This document shows, piece by piece, positions 1-8,882 of a stretch of DNA of 61,218 bases; the stretch's first letter is position 1; every line of letters begins with the position of its first letter. The notes beneath the pieces were generated by a model. The model made no database searches. It saw only the letters and a list, made by a program, of their open reading frames with translations, and was not told where the DNA came from. Where the stretch lies: positions 1 to 61,218 of the forward strand of contig JBHPFV010000006.1 in the NCBI GenBank assembly GCA_042571705.1, given 5' to 3'. Both the position numbers and the translations under genes were made by a program. The stretch comes from Candidatus Omnitrophota bacterium (lineage in GTDB: Bacteria > Omnitrophota > Gorgyraeia > JAFGHF01).

Positions 1-303
1 TTCCACAACAACATTCTTTCTGTTCTGCTGTTCGGCCTTAGTCAGCGGTTCGTTGTCTTCACGGGAGCGCTCGGCCTCCTTTAAGGCCAGCCGATAATTT
101 TTTAAGGCCAATTCATAATAGTTGGCGATATCGTTCGGATAAGTGGAAAGCTTGGCGGTCTCCTCGGCGTTTTGGGCGCTCTGGAAGGACTCCATGGCAA
201 ACTCATAGCGGTGCTTTCCGGAGCCGGTGAAAGAATCGGCCGGTTGGGTAAAAATTACCAGTAAAAAAGCGCTGACCACGATAAAAGCTAATTTGTTGTT
301 CAT
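1..303 (-). CDS. hypothetical secreted protein (N-terminal part only; gene runs off the left edge)
   Basis: Not in the ORF track. The reverse complement of 301-303 is ATG, preceded by AAGGG. Translation MNNKLAFIVVSAFLLVIFTQPADSF... looks like a signal peptide. The frame is open for all 101 codons to position 1. Confidence 0.45.
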   Translation of the reverse strand, partial: MNNKLAFIVVSAFLLVIFTQPADSFTGSGKHRYEFAMESFQSAQNAEETAKLSTYPNDIANYYELALKNYRLALKEAERSREDNEPLTKAEQQNRKNVVVE

Positions 304-324
304 CACTACCCTTTTAGATCCGGT

Positions 325-838
325 TTATTTCTCAGTAACCTTAAATCTTACCGGCTGAGAGCGCAGCTTGCCCTGAAACACGTCTAAGCCGATTTCTGAG
401 CCATATACATTCTGATAAATCGCTGAAACTGTATATTCCCCGGGAGTATCAAATTTGAAGTAGGCCTTTAAATTTTTCTTTCGCTCAGTGGTAAATTCAT
501 CTCCCGGTTCTAATAATTTAAAATAATCCGATTTTGGTATCGTAGAATCTATCGGAAACCAATTTATTGCCGGATGCGTCTTTAGCTATTAAAACTACTT
601 CTCTATCTTTAGGTTCTGCATCTTCTTTGTTGACATGAAACCTGGTATTTACATAGACCGCCTTTTTACTTTTATTCTTTAATGTAAAATAAATATAAAT
701 CGAATCGCCGACCTTGTATTCTTGCTCATTCAAGCTGATGCTGAATTTCAACGGCTCAGCAGCAGTTGCCTGTGAGTGCCGGCTGAGGCAAAACCCTAAC
801 AACAGTAAAACCACAAATAATATTTTATTTCGTCTCAT
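325..838 (-). pseudogene. secreted hypothetical protein gene broken by a 1-nt frame change (or assembly error) at an A4 run
   Basis: Track ORF 518..895 most plausibly starts at the internal ATG at 838 (MRRNKILFVVLLLLGF..., signal peptide). It stops at 518-520. The +1 frame then continues without any start codon as ...KSDYFKLLEPGDEFTTERKKNLKAYFKFDTPGEYTVSAIYQNVYGSEIGLDVFQGKLRSQPVRFKVTEK to a TAA at 325-327. The two frames meet at the homopolymer at 532-535. Confidence 0.55.
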
Positions 839-1241
839 CTTTGCTCTTTTTGTCTTGAGGGGATATCCGGCGATGCAGGCGCAAGGTAGTCTCAATCATG
901 CTGACTAATTGGTCGACATCGCCCTTTTTGGGAAAAAATCCGGAAATCCCTAAATCATGCGCGGCGGCGATAGTCTTTTCGTCGCCATAGGCAGTGAGCA
1001 TAATCACCGGCAGATCCCGGTTAAATTCCCTGACCTGGGTTAAGGTCTGAATCCCGTCCATCACCGGCATCCTTAAATCCATAAAGACTATATCAGGAGG
1101 ATCGGATTTAATGATCTTCAGCGCCTCGCGGCCGTTATTGGCCTGGGCTACTGAATAGTTTTTGGACTTAAGAAAGAAAGTAATCGGTTCCAAAAAATCT
1201 TTTTCATCATCAACTAAAAGAATAGAGACTTTGCCTTTCAT
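825..1241 (-). CDS. single-domain response regulator (CheY-like receiver)
   Basis: 138 aa. Has ILLVDDEKDF, the phospho-acceptor context DIVFMDLRMPVMDG, and MLTAYGD. Confidence 0.85.
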   Translation of the reverse strand: MKGKVSILLVDDEKDFLEPITFFLKSKNYSVAQANNGREALKIIKSDPPDIVFMDLRMPVMDGIQTLTQVREFNRDLPVIMLTAYGDEKTIAAAHDLGISGFFPKKGDVDQLVSMIETTLRLHRRISPQDKKSKDETK

Positions 1242-1247
1242 TTTACT

Positions 1248-2357
1248 TTACCCCACTAGTTTTGGATTGGGCCGGCCCAGCAAATACCCCTGGCCGCCGC
1301 CTACTCCCATCTCGATTAAAGTGTTCAGCTCCTCTTTGGTCTCAATTCCTTCGCCGATGGCCAAGATCTTATTCTGTTTGCAGATCATCATGATTGCCTT
1401 GACTAAACTTTGTTTTTTGGGGCTGTGGTTAATGTCGCGGATCAACCCGATATCGATTTTAACAAAATCGGGCTCCAGTTCCGCGATCGCGTCGAGACTG
1501 GAATAACCGCTGCCGACATCATCAATGGAAATCCTAAACCCTTGAGCCTTAATCGAACTTAAGGCCTGGCAAAACGAGCTAAAATCTTTGATCTCGGCCC
1601 GTTCGGTGACTTCAAAGACCACTTGTTCGGGATTTTCGTATAAAGATAAAATTTCCTTAATCTGTTCGGCCTCGACGATATAAGGGTTACTGTTAAAGAA
1701 AAACAGATTTTTGCGAATCCTCTTACCCAATTTAGCCAGGGTCTTCCTGCGGCAGAGGATCTCTAAATCAAAAACAAACCCGTAATCTAAGGCCGACTTA
1801 AACAACTTCTCCGGATTGGCTAAAGGACTATCCTTTGGCCCACGGGTCAAGACTTCGTAGGCAAACAGTTTCATCGGCTGCAGATAAAAGATCGGCTGAA
1901 AGACCATCTCCACCAATTCGCCCTTGATAATCTGTTTTAATTCCTTGATCAAGGCAACCTTATTTTTTTGGTCCGGTTTAACAAAACTGCTCCGGCGTAA
2001 CAGCGCCTCAATGCGGGCGAATAATTCTTCGGTCTCAAAAGACTTGGTGATATAATCATCGGCGCCGATATGCAAACCCTCGACTTTGTCCTTAGGTTCA
2101 TTCTTGGCCGTTAACATGATGATCGGGATGTCTCTGGTCGCTTTATCCTGGCGCAGCCGGTTGCAGACTTCATAGCCATTCATCACCGGCATCATCACAT
2201 CTAATAGAATTAGGTCGGGAGTATCCTGAGCCTTTTTCAGCGCCCCTTCTCCGCTATATTCTACGGTGACTTGATACCCGCGCAGCTCTAAGCGCACCGA
2301 CAAGGTCTCCGCGAAATCAACCTCGTCATCAATCAGTAAAATGTGTTTTTTTGCCAT
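1248..2357 (-). CDS. response regulator with EAL domain (c-di-GMP phosphodiesterase type)
   Basis: REC domain (ILLIDDE, LLDVMMPVMNG) followed by EAL-domain motifs (YEVLTRGP, EVTER, SIDDVGSGYSSL, VKIDIGL, GEGIET, GQGYLLGRP). Start moved to the ATG at 2355-2357 (MAKKHILLIDDE) because the track's upstream extension overlaps the kinase gene. Confidence 0.85.
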   Translation of the reverse strand: MAKKHILLIDDEVDFAETLSVRLELRGYQVTVEYSGEGALKKAQDTPDLILLDVMMPVMNGYEVCNRLRQDKATRDIPIIMLTAKNEPKDKVEGLHIGADDYITKSFETEELFARIEALLRRSSFVKPDQKNKVALIKELKQIIKGELVEMVFQPIFYLQPMKLFAYEVLTRGPKDSPLANPEKLFKSALDYGFVFDLEILCRRKTLAKLGKRIRKNLFFFNSNPYIVEAEQIKEILSLYENPEQVVFEVTERAEIKDFSSFCQALSSIKAQGFRISIDDVGSGYSSLDAIAELEPDFVKIDIGLIRDINHSPKKQSLVKAIMMICKQNKILAIGEGIETKEELNTLIEMGVGGGQGYLLGRPNPKLVG

Positions 2358-2374
2358 GATATAGTATCTCCGTT

Positions 2375-3835
2375 TTACGTTATGGGTAAAGTAAAAATGA
2401 ACTTTGCCCCGGCCCCGGTTTCGCTTTCGGCCCAAATCCTGCCTCCGTGCAGCTGGACCAGTTCTTTGGCGATAGAAAGGCCCAGTCCGGTTCCGCTAAT
2501 GTCCGTAGCCGCTCTTTCACCGGACTGCTGAAATTTATCGAACACTTTTTCCAAATCTTCTTTAGCGATCCCCACCCCGGTATCAGTCACGCTAATCAGA
2601 ATTTCTTTTTTATCCTGGCCGATTTTAGCCTCAACCGTAATTGTACCGCCCTGGGGAGTAAATTTAATCGCGTTGCCAATGAGATTATTCAACACTTGGA
2701 TCATTCTGTTAAAATCCATGTTGGTTTTGGGCAAGCCGCTGGCGATTATTCTCTCAATGGTAATTGACTTAGAACTGGCCCAGGGATACAAGCTATCGTA
2801 GATCTCGTCAATCAGTTTCTTAATCGCGTAAGATTCAAACTTTAATTCCATCTTAGTGGCTTCCAATTTGGAAAGGTCAAGTAAATCGTCGATTAAGCTG
2901 CCCAGCCTTTTTAGGTTGCGTTGGGCAATATTCAGGAATTTCTCCTGATCCGCAGAAACGGCTCCCGGGGCCTTGCTTAAAAGCAAAGATATGGAATTCT
3001 GCACAGTGACGATGGGGGTGCGCAGCTCATGAGAGACTTTAGAGACAAAATCTGATTTTAACTGATCTATCTCTTTCTGCTTGGTGACATCGGTCAGTAC
3101 CGAGACCATACCCACGGTCTTGCCGTATTCGTTTTCAATTACCGCGCTGCTGGCTCTTAAGATTTTTTTGGTCTCATCCTCGCCGCTGGCGACTTCAACC
3201 TCCTTGCCGTGCTTATCCGCTGTTTCGGTGACTATAGAAATCAGCTGATCTTCTTTAAGGTCATTCTTAATCGATTGACCGATCTTCTCTTCCTTCTTTA
3301 CGCCCAGCAGGTGCTCCGCGGCCGGATTCATCAACAACACCTCACCTGTATCATTGACTACCACTAAACCCTCGGCAATACTCCGGATCACCGCCTCGGT
3401 TTGTTTTTTCTCCAGGTTTAGCTTTTCATACTTGCGGTAAATAATATCAGCGGCCTGTTTGGTGGCGGTAATAGTAGACTCGAATTTTTGGGATAATTGC
3501 AAATTCAATAAACTGCTTTCTTTATCTAATTCTTCGGCCAGGATATTGGAGATGGCCTCGGCGGCCTGGCGCCTGCTCGTCGCCGGAGCATTCAATCTGT
3601 TAATCTGTTTCCAAATCGCTGAATTTATAGCTTGACTGGACAGCTTGGCTTTTGCTGGTTCAACGCTTTTACCCTCAACATACCCTCTCATTTTAGCAAA
3701 ATTGGCCACGACAACGCCTAAGATGATGCTGCCAATGGCCACAGAAATAATAATTCCTATATTTACCTTGTCTTCCACAGCCGCGGCTGTGGCCGCGGCA
3801 ATAAGGTTAAACATGGGAAGCAAATTAAACAACAT
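2375..3835 (-). CDS. sensor histidine kinase (TM - coiled coil - PAS - HisKA - HATPase)
   Basis: 486 aa. H-box SHELRTP, N-box NLIGNAIKFT, G-box GTGLGLSIAKELV, and an N-terminal hydrophobic segment. Confidence 0.85.
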   Translation of the reverse strand: MLFNLLPMFNLIAAATAAAVEDKVNIGIIISVAIGSIILGVVVANFAKMRGYVEGKSVEPAKAKLSSQAINSAIWKQINRLNAPATSRRQAAEAISNILAEELDKESSLLNLQLSQKFESTITATKQAADIIYRKYEKLNLEKKQTEAVIRSIAEGLVVVNDTGEVLLMNPAAEHLLGVKKEEKIGQSIKNDLKEDQLISIVTETADKHGKEVEVASGEDETKKILRASSAVIENEYGKTVGMVSVLTDVTKQKEIDQLKSDFVSKVSHELRTPIVTVQNSISLLLSKAPGAVSADQEKFLNIAQRNLKRLGSLIDDLLDLSKLEATKMELKFESYAIKKLIDEIYDSLYPWASSKSITIERIIASGLPKTNMDFNRMIQVLNNLIGNAIKFTPQGGTITVEAKIGQDKKEILISVTDTGVGIAKEDLEKVFDKFQQSGERAATDISGTGLGLSIAKELVQLHGGRIWAESETGAGAKFIFTLPIT

Positions 3836-3859
3836 TATTCCCCTTGCTCCGTGGGTATT

Positions 3860-3935
3860 TGGTGAGCCGCGAAGGGTTCGAACCTTCGACCCACGCCTTA
3901 AAAGGGCGTTGCTCTACCAGCTGAGCTAGCGGCCC
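3860..3935 (-). tRNA. tRNA-Lys (anticodon UUU), CCA encoded
   Basis: The reverse complement GGGCCGCTAGCTCAGCTGGTAGAGCAACGCCCTTTTAAGGCGTGGGTCGAAGGTTCGAACCCTTCGCGGCTCACCA folds by hand into a cloverleaf. The anticodon loop is CTTTTAA. Confidence 0.9.
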
Positions 3936-3948
3936 ACTTGAGCTGACA

Positions 3949-4509
3949 CTATCCTTCAGTAATTTCCTTTTCTTTTGCCTCTAAGACTTCGTCGATCTGT
4001 TTGGTATATTTATCGATCATTTTCTGCACTTCATCCTGCGACTTAAACCGGTCGTCCTCGGCAATATCTTTACTCTTCTCTAGCTGCTTTAAATGCTCAT
4101 TAGCGTCGCGGCGGGCGGTACGCAAAGACACCCGCCCATTTTCGGCGATCCGCTTGACAATCTTATCTAATTCCTGACGTCTTTCGTCGGTCAGATGAGG
4201 GATGGAGATGCGAATGATCTTGCCGTCATTATTAGGAACCAGTCCGAGATTAGCTTGTAAAATAGCCCTTTCTATTTCCGTAATAGTCGAGGCATCCCAG
4301 GGATGAATGGCAACCAAACGGGCATCGGGCGTAGAGATACTGGCCAGCTGTTTAATCGGCGTCTTGGTCCCGTAATACTCGACTAAAACACCTTCGACCA
4401 GAGCAGTTGAGGCCCGGCCAGTGCGAATTTCAGTAAATTCCCGCTTGATCGAATCTACGGTTTTTTTCATCTTCGCGTCTGTATCATGGATAATATCTTT
4501 TATCGCCAT
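3949..4509 (-). CDS. frr: ribosome recycling factor
   Basis: 186 aa with typical RRF sequence (TGRASTALVEGVLVEYYG..., RRDANE). Conserved frr-pyrH-tsf-rpsB synteny. Confidence 0.95.
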   Translation of the reverse strand: MAIKDIIHDTDAKMKKTVDSIKREFTEIRTGRASTALVEGVLVEYYGTKTPIKQLASISTPDARLVAIHPWDASTITEIERAILQANLGLVPNNDGKIIRISIPHLTDERRQELDKIVKRIAENGRVSLRTARRDANEHLKQLEKSKDIAEDDRFKSQDEVQKMIDKYTKQIDEVLEAKEKEITEG

Positions 4510-4523
4510 GTTAATTACCTCCG

Positions 4524-5276
4524 TTACTTGACTATGGTGCCGATTTTCTCTCCCAGAACAATCCTGCGAATGTTGCCCGGTTTAGTCAAGTTAAATACTA
4601 TGATCGGTAAATTATTGTCCATGCACAAGCTGATCGCGGTAGCATCCATGATCTTTAAGCCCATCTTGAGCACTTCAATATATTTTAACTGCTTAAATTT
4701 TTTGGCCCGTTTATCTTTATGCGGGTCGGCTGAATATACCCCGTCGACCTTAGTAGCTTTTAAGATTACTTGCGCGGCTAATTCATTAGCCCGCAAGGCC
4801 GCCGTGGTATCAGTGGAAAAATAGGGGCTGCCTGTGCCGGCGACAAAAATTACCGCGCGGCCCTTCTCTAAATGCCTGATCGCCTTTCTTCTAATATACG
4901 GCTCGCACAACTGCTGCATGGCGATAGCGGTCTGGACCCTGGTAAATACGCCGATCTTCTCCAAGGCATCCTGCAGAGCCAGGCCATTAATCACCGTGGC
5001 CAACATCCCCATGTAGTCAGCCGCGGCCCGGTCTACTCCCCGGCTGGCCGCACTCAGGCCGCGAAAGATATTCCCTCCGCCGACCACCACAGCCACTTCC
5101 ACGCCTAATTCCACTACTTCTTTAATCTGGCGGGCAAAAGAAACCAGCGTGGCGGCATCAATCCCATAGGCCTTACTGCCCTGCAAGGCCTCGCCGCTGA
5201 CTTTGAGCACGATGCGTTTAAATTGTGGGGTGTTTTTACTTTTTGGCTTCGTTGCCAAGCGTTGCTCCCAATTCAA
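4524..5276 (-). CDS. pyrH: UMP kinase
   Basis: 250 aa with [12 protein letters not shown] and [11 protein letters not shown]. The start is uncertain: the annotated start overlaps the tsf 3' end by 41 nt. Confidence 0.9.
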   Translation of the reverse strand: MNWEQRLATKPKSKNTPQFKRIVLKVSGEALQGSKAYGIDAATLVSFARQIKEVVELGVEVAVVVGGGNIFRGLSAASRGVDRAAADYMGMLATVINGLALQDALEKIGVFTRVQTAIAMQQLCEPYIRRKAIRHLEKGRAVIFVAGTGSPYFSTDTTAALRANELAAQVILKATKVDGVYSADPHKDKRAKKFKQLKYIEVLKMGLKIMDATAISLCMDNNLPIIVFNLTKPGNIRRIVLGEKIGTIVK

Positions 5277-5799
5277 AACGGGTGAACCTGCTAATCAGGA
5301 TATTTTCGCCGATCTTGCCCACGATCTCGGCTAAATAATCGCTGATGCTCTTAGATTGATCTTTAACGAAAGACTGCTCCATCAGGCAACTCTGTTTATA
5401 GAAGTCTTCCAAGCGCGCTTTTTGCTCTTTGGCTACGTCCTTAGGCACATCTTCTTTTTTCAAATAGGTGGGATTAAGCGCGGCAATCTGCATAGCTACG
5501 TCTTTGCTGAATTGCTGAAACTCCGCACAGCGAGATACAAAATCGGTTTCACAGTTTACTTCCACTAACACCCCGATTTTATGATTTGAATGCACGTAAG
5601 CGGTGATCCTGCCTTCGCGCACCTGGCGATGGGCCTTTTTTGCGGCCAGGGCGATCCCTTTTTCACGCAAGAATTGCACCGCTTGAGTAAAATCGCCGCT
5701 GGCCTTCTCCAGGGCCTGTTTGCAATCCATTACTCCGGCATTGGTCTGTTCGCGTAATTTCTGAATTTGTTTGGCGTCGATCTTAACTGTTTTTCCCAT
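5236..5799 (-). CDS. tsf: elongation factor Ts (short form)
   Basis: 187 aa with an N-terminal UBA-like [22 protein letters not shown]. Located downstream of rpsB. Confidence 0.9.
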   Translation of the reverse strand: MGKTVKIDAKQIQKLREQTNAGVMDCKQALEKASGDFTQAVQFLREKGIALAAKKAHRQVREGRITAYVHSNHKIGVLVEVNCETDFVSRCAEFQQFSKDVAMQIAALNPTYLKKEDVPKDVAKEQKARLEDFYKQSCLMEQSFVKDQSKSISDYLAEIVGKIGENILISRFTRFELGATLGNEAKK

Positions 5800-5800
5800 T

Positions 5801-6670
5801 TTATTTCTTTTTCTCCTCTGTTGAGCGCATCTTTTTCACTTGCGGCTGTTCAGGTTCTTTGCTTTCAGTCTTTTTTTCCGCATCCTCAATTAGTGCCTCT
5901 TCCTCATCAGGCCCGGCTGCGGGACCTTTAGCCGGTTCTTTCTTTTTCGACCCCTTTTCCTTTTTAGTCTTTTCGATCTTAAAAAATCTTTCTCGCTCTT
6001 GTACGATACTATCCGCAATCATGGAAATCACCAGCCTGATCGCTCTGATGGCATCGTCGTTACCGGGAATGGGATAGTCAATGCCGTCGGGGTCGCAATT
6101 AGTATCCAAAAGGGCAACTACCGGCAAAGACAGGCGTTGGGCCTCGCGGACCGCGTTGATTTCTTTTTTAGGATCAACCAGCACCAGCGCCCCGGGCAGA
6201 CGATCCATCTCCACTATCCCCGATAATTTATGCTTCAGCCGGGTAACCTCTTTATCCATCATGACCATCTCTTTCTTGGTCAGGGAAGTGGTGCTCTCCG
6301 GGGCCATCAAGGCTTGCAACTCTTTTAAGCGCTTGACGCTTTTGCGAATGGTCTCAAAATTTGTTAACGTGCCTCCCAGCCATCTGCCGTTGACATGGTA
6401 CATCCCGCAACGGCCGGCCTCGGTGGCCACGATTTCCTGAGCCTGCTTTTTTGTGCCTACGAAAAGAATGCTTTTGCCGGAAGCGGCCAGTCCGGTTAAA
6501 AAATCACAGGCCGCCTTTAATCTTTGGGCGGTCTGCTGCAGGTCGATAATGTAAACCCCGCTTCTTTCGCCAAAGATAAATTTTTTCATCTTGGGATTCC
6601 AGCGTTTGGTCTGGTGCCCAAAATGCACTCCTGCCTCTAAAAGTTGCTTAATCAAAGTCTCGACTACCAA
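5801..6670 (-). CDS. rpsB: 30S ribosomal protein S2 with a K/E-rich C-terminal tail
   Basis: 289 aa with [22 protein letters not shown] start with GGAAGGAG 7 nt upstream. Confidence 0.95.
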   Translation of the reverse strand: MVVETLIKQLLEAGVHFGHQTKRWNPKMKKFIFGERSGVYIIDLQQTAQRLKAACDFLTGLAASGKSILFVGTKKQAQEIVATEAGRCGMYHVNGRWLGGTLTNFETIRKSVKRLKELQALMAPESTTSLTKKEMVMMDKEVTRLKHKLSGIVEMDRLPGALVLVDPKKEINAVREAQRLSLPVVALLDTNCDPDGIDYPIPGNDDAIRAIRLVISMIADSIVQERERFFKIEKTKKEKGSKKKEPAKGPAAGPDEEEALIEDAEKKTESKEPEQPQVKKMRSTEEKKK

Positions 6671-6705
6671 TGTTCAGCTCTCCTTCCTAATTTTCCGTAC
6701 TGTCT

Positions 6706-6734
6706 AATATATCAATAAGTTAGCAATTTTTCAA
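6706..6734 (-). promoter_or_regulatory. sigma70-like promoter for rpsB-tsf-pyrH-frr
   Basis: The minus strand reads TTGAAA (6729-6734), 17 nt, TATATT (6706-6711), about 35 nt upstream of the rpsB start. Confidence 0.45.
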
Positions 6735-6831
6735 CTAGTTTTTTCTTTTTGCTACGCTTTTGGCGCTTGCTTCTGGCAACGCGTTCGCTACTGCTTGGCT
6801 GCCCGCCTTGCTTTATCTTGGGCAACCGGGG

Positions 6832-6863
6832 CCTGTTCCCGAAAGGAACAGGTCACATAAGGC
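6832..6863 (-). repeat. intergenic module H, copy A (8-bp-stem hairpin plus TCACATAAGGC)
   Basis: cctgttcc-cgaaa-ggaacagg followed by tcacataaggc. Related to the copies at 15829, 33623, 46689 and 59119. Lies between the msbA stop and the rpsB promoter. Confidence 0.8.
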
Positions 6864-6867
6864 TACG

Positions 6868-8676
6868 CTAAATTTCGCTGGCGCTGTCTCTGAACTGCAA
6901 TTGATAAAGCTCCTTATATAGACCGCCTTTTTCCATCAGCTCCTGGTGGGTGCCAAATTGGCTGATTCTCCCTGAGTCTAAAACCACAATCTTATCGGCT
7001 TTTCTCACGGTCGAGAGCCGGTGGGCAATCACAAACACTGTGCGCCCGCTCATCAATTGCTCCAGCGCCTTCTGCACCAGAAGTTCCGACTGTGAATCCA
7101 GCTGTGAGGTAGCCTCATCAAGAATTAATATCGGCGGATTCTTCAATAACGCCCGGGCAATCGCCATCCTCTGCCGCTCGCCTCCGGATAACCTAAACCC
7201 ACGGTCGCCCACTAAAGTTCTATACCCCTGAGGCATGGTCTGAATAAATTCATCGATCTGGGCGGCGCGGGCAGCTTTGGCTACTTCCTGATCCGGGGCC
7301 TGAATATTGCCGTAGGCGATATTGGCTTTGACTGTGTCGTTAAAAAGAAAGGTCTCCTGAGTAACTATACCGATTTTGCCCCTTAAGGATTTAAGCGAAA
7401 GCCGGCGCAGATCATGTCCGTCAATAGTAATCTTACCCCCCGTAACATCGTAGAAGCGGGCGATCAAGTTAATCAATGTAGTCTTACCTACGCCGCTAGG
7501 TCCGACAATGGCCAGGACTGTGCCCTTGGGAATTTCTAAATTAACATCTTTCAGCACGTCTGCTTTTTCACCCTGATAACGGAAATTGACATTTTCAAAA
7601 CGAATCCCTTGCTTAACCTCAGCTAAATCAACCGCTTGCGGATGATCCTCAATACCAACCGGGGTATCCAAAATTTCAAAGATCCGCGCCGCGGCTGCTG
7701 AGGCCTGTTGGATAATCGCGGTGATGTTGCTTAATCGCTTAAAAGGCTGCACACACTGAAACATCGCGCCCATAAAAGCGGCAAACATGCCGAAAGAAAG
7801 CTGACCTTGAATAACTTGCATGCCCCCTATATACACAACCAGCATCGCCGCTACCACCCCAATCAGTTCACTGATCGGCCCGATACTCACAATCCGCTTG
7901 GCCTGCTTCATGGTAATCTTATAAAAACCCTGATTGGCCCGAGCAAACTTATCGATCTCGTAATTTTCCATGGAAAAGACCTTGACTATCCTGACCCCCG
8001 CTAAGCCTTCGTAAATCGCGCTATTGACCTCAGCCATTTTTTCCTGGCTCTTGGTGCTGATCTTGCGCAAGGCCTTACTAATCCGCACTACGGGTATAGC
8101 AATAAATGGAAATAACACGATAGAAAACAAAAATAGCCGGAAATTGATGAACACGGCTAAAGAAAGCAAGATCGTTACCTTAAACCCCTGATAGAATATA
8201 TCGGTTAACCCCTGGGCGATAGAATTATTAATCACTCCCACATCGTGGGTAATCCGGGAAACTAAGACGCCGATTTTACTTTTGCTAAAGTAGTCCAGAG
8301 ATAGGTGTTGATATTTCGCATAAAGCGCGTTACGCACATCGCGCAGCACCAAATGCCCAACATTAACCATCAAATACTGGCGCAGGAACACAAATAAGCC
8401 CTTAAACAGGAATAAGCCTAAGAAGCTCAGCACGATGTATTTCAACAATACCGGCCGTTCAAGGCCGTTAACCGTACCAATCAGGCTAGTTAGAAAAGCC
8501 GGCAAGGGCCGGGTGATGTTAATGGTTTTGCCCGTAAAGACATTATCGATCAACGGCACGGCTGGCGCGATCTGGACACCGTCAAACAGGGCGGAAATAA
8601 ACATAAATACTATCGCCAGCGCAAACAAGCCCAAATGCGGCTTTAAGAACCTTAATAATCTGAAGAAATCTTTCAT
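6868..8676 (-). CDS. msbA: ABC transporter, fused permease/ATPase, MsbA-like (lipid A/lipid flippase family)
   Basis: 602 aa. Six-TM N-terminal half, Walker A GPSGVGKTT, signature LSGGERQR, Walker B ILILDEATS. Divergent from an lpxB operon. Confidence 0.8.
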   Translation of the reverse strand: MKDFFRLLRFLKPHLGLFALAIVFMFISALFDGVQIAPAVPLIDNVFTGKTINITRPLPAFLTSLIGTVNGLERPVLLKYIVLSFLGLFLFKGLFVFLRQYLMVNVGHLVLRDVRNALYAKYQHLSLDYFSKSKIGVLVSRITHDVGVINNSIAQGLTDIFYQGFKVTILLSLAVFINFRLFLFSIVLFPFIAIPVVRISKALRKISTKSQEKMAEVNSAIYEGLAGVRIVKVFSMENYEIDKFARANQGFYKITMKQAKRIVSIGPISELIGVVAAMLVVYIGGMQVIQGQLSFGMFAAFMGAMFQCVQPFKRLSNITAIIQQASAAAARIFEILDTPVGIEDHPQAVDLAEVKQGIRFENVNFRYQGEKADVLKDVNLEIPKGTVLAIVGPSGVGKTTLINLIARFYDVTGGKITIDGHDLRRLSLKSLRGKIGIVTQETFLFNDTVKANIAYGNIQAPDQEVAKAARAAQIDEFIQTMPQGYRTLVGDRGFRLSGGERQRMAIARALLKNPPILILDEATSQLDSQSELLVQKALEQLMSGRTVFVIAHRLSTVRKADKIVVLDSGRISQFGTHQELMEKGGLYKELYQLQFRDSASEI

Positions 8677-8698
8677 CTTTTCCTTATATTATATAATA

Positions 8699-8714
8699 GG
8701 GGCTAATTAGCCCC
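8699..8714. promoter_or_regulatory. perfect 16-bp palindrome in the msbA 5' leader
   Basis: GGGGCTAATTAGCCCC lies between the predicted msbA -10 (8732-8737) and its ATG (8676). It could be a 6-bp stem with an AAUU loop in RNA, or a dimeric operator. Confidence 0.6.
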
Positions 8715-8731
8715 CAAATATACGAAAAAGA

Positions 8732-8760
8732 AGTATAACACATTAATTGACTTTTGTCTA
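8732..8760 (-). promoter_or_regulatory. sigma70-like promoter for msbA (extended -10)
   Basis: The minus strand reads TAGACA (8755-8760), 17 nt, TGtTATACT (-10 at 8732-8737). Confidence 0.45.
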
Positions 8761-8775
8761 TAACTTTTGTATAAT
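8747..8775 (+). promoter_or_regulatory. sigma70-like promoter for the oxidoreductase-lpxB operon
   Basis: TTGACT (8747-8752), 17 nt, TATAAT (8770-8775). It sits back-to-back with the msbA promoter. Confidence 0.55.
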
Positions 8776-8789
8776 AAACCCCTGCCTTG

Positions 8790-8836
8790 AGGAACTGTTC
8801 CTACCAGATTATTAGCAAAAGCAGGGAACTGTTCCC
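8790..8836 (+). repeat. intergenic module P, copy X (two 13-bp palindromes 34 bp apart)
   Basis: AGGAACTGTTCCT (8790-8802), CCAGATTATT (8804-8813), GGGAACTGTTCCC (8824-8836). The reverse complement of 28880-28927 aligns along the whole length. Confidence 0.85.
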
Positions 8837-8882
8837 AATGATAGCGAAACGGCAGCCAAAAGCTTAAACCAAAAAGGTGCCC

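Noticed and set aside
5236-5276. 41-nt overlap between the tsf 3' end and the pyrH 5' end, considered as a frameshift or mis-start
   Set aside because: Both ORFs are intact and full length. The overlap is most likely an over-extended pyrH start, but no better ATG/GTG/TTG with an SD could be identified by eye, so the track coordinates were kept.
8790-8836. Reading GGAAC of the palindromes as ECF-sigma -35 elements or as sigma-54 sites
   Set aside because: No CGT/TC-type -10 lies at 16-17 nt, and there is no TGGCAC-N5-TTGC pattern. The perfect dyad symmetry argues for an operator or structure instead.
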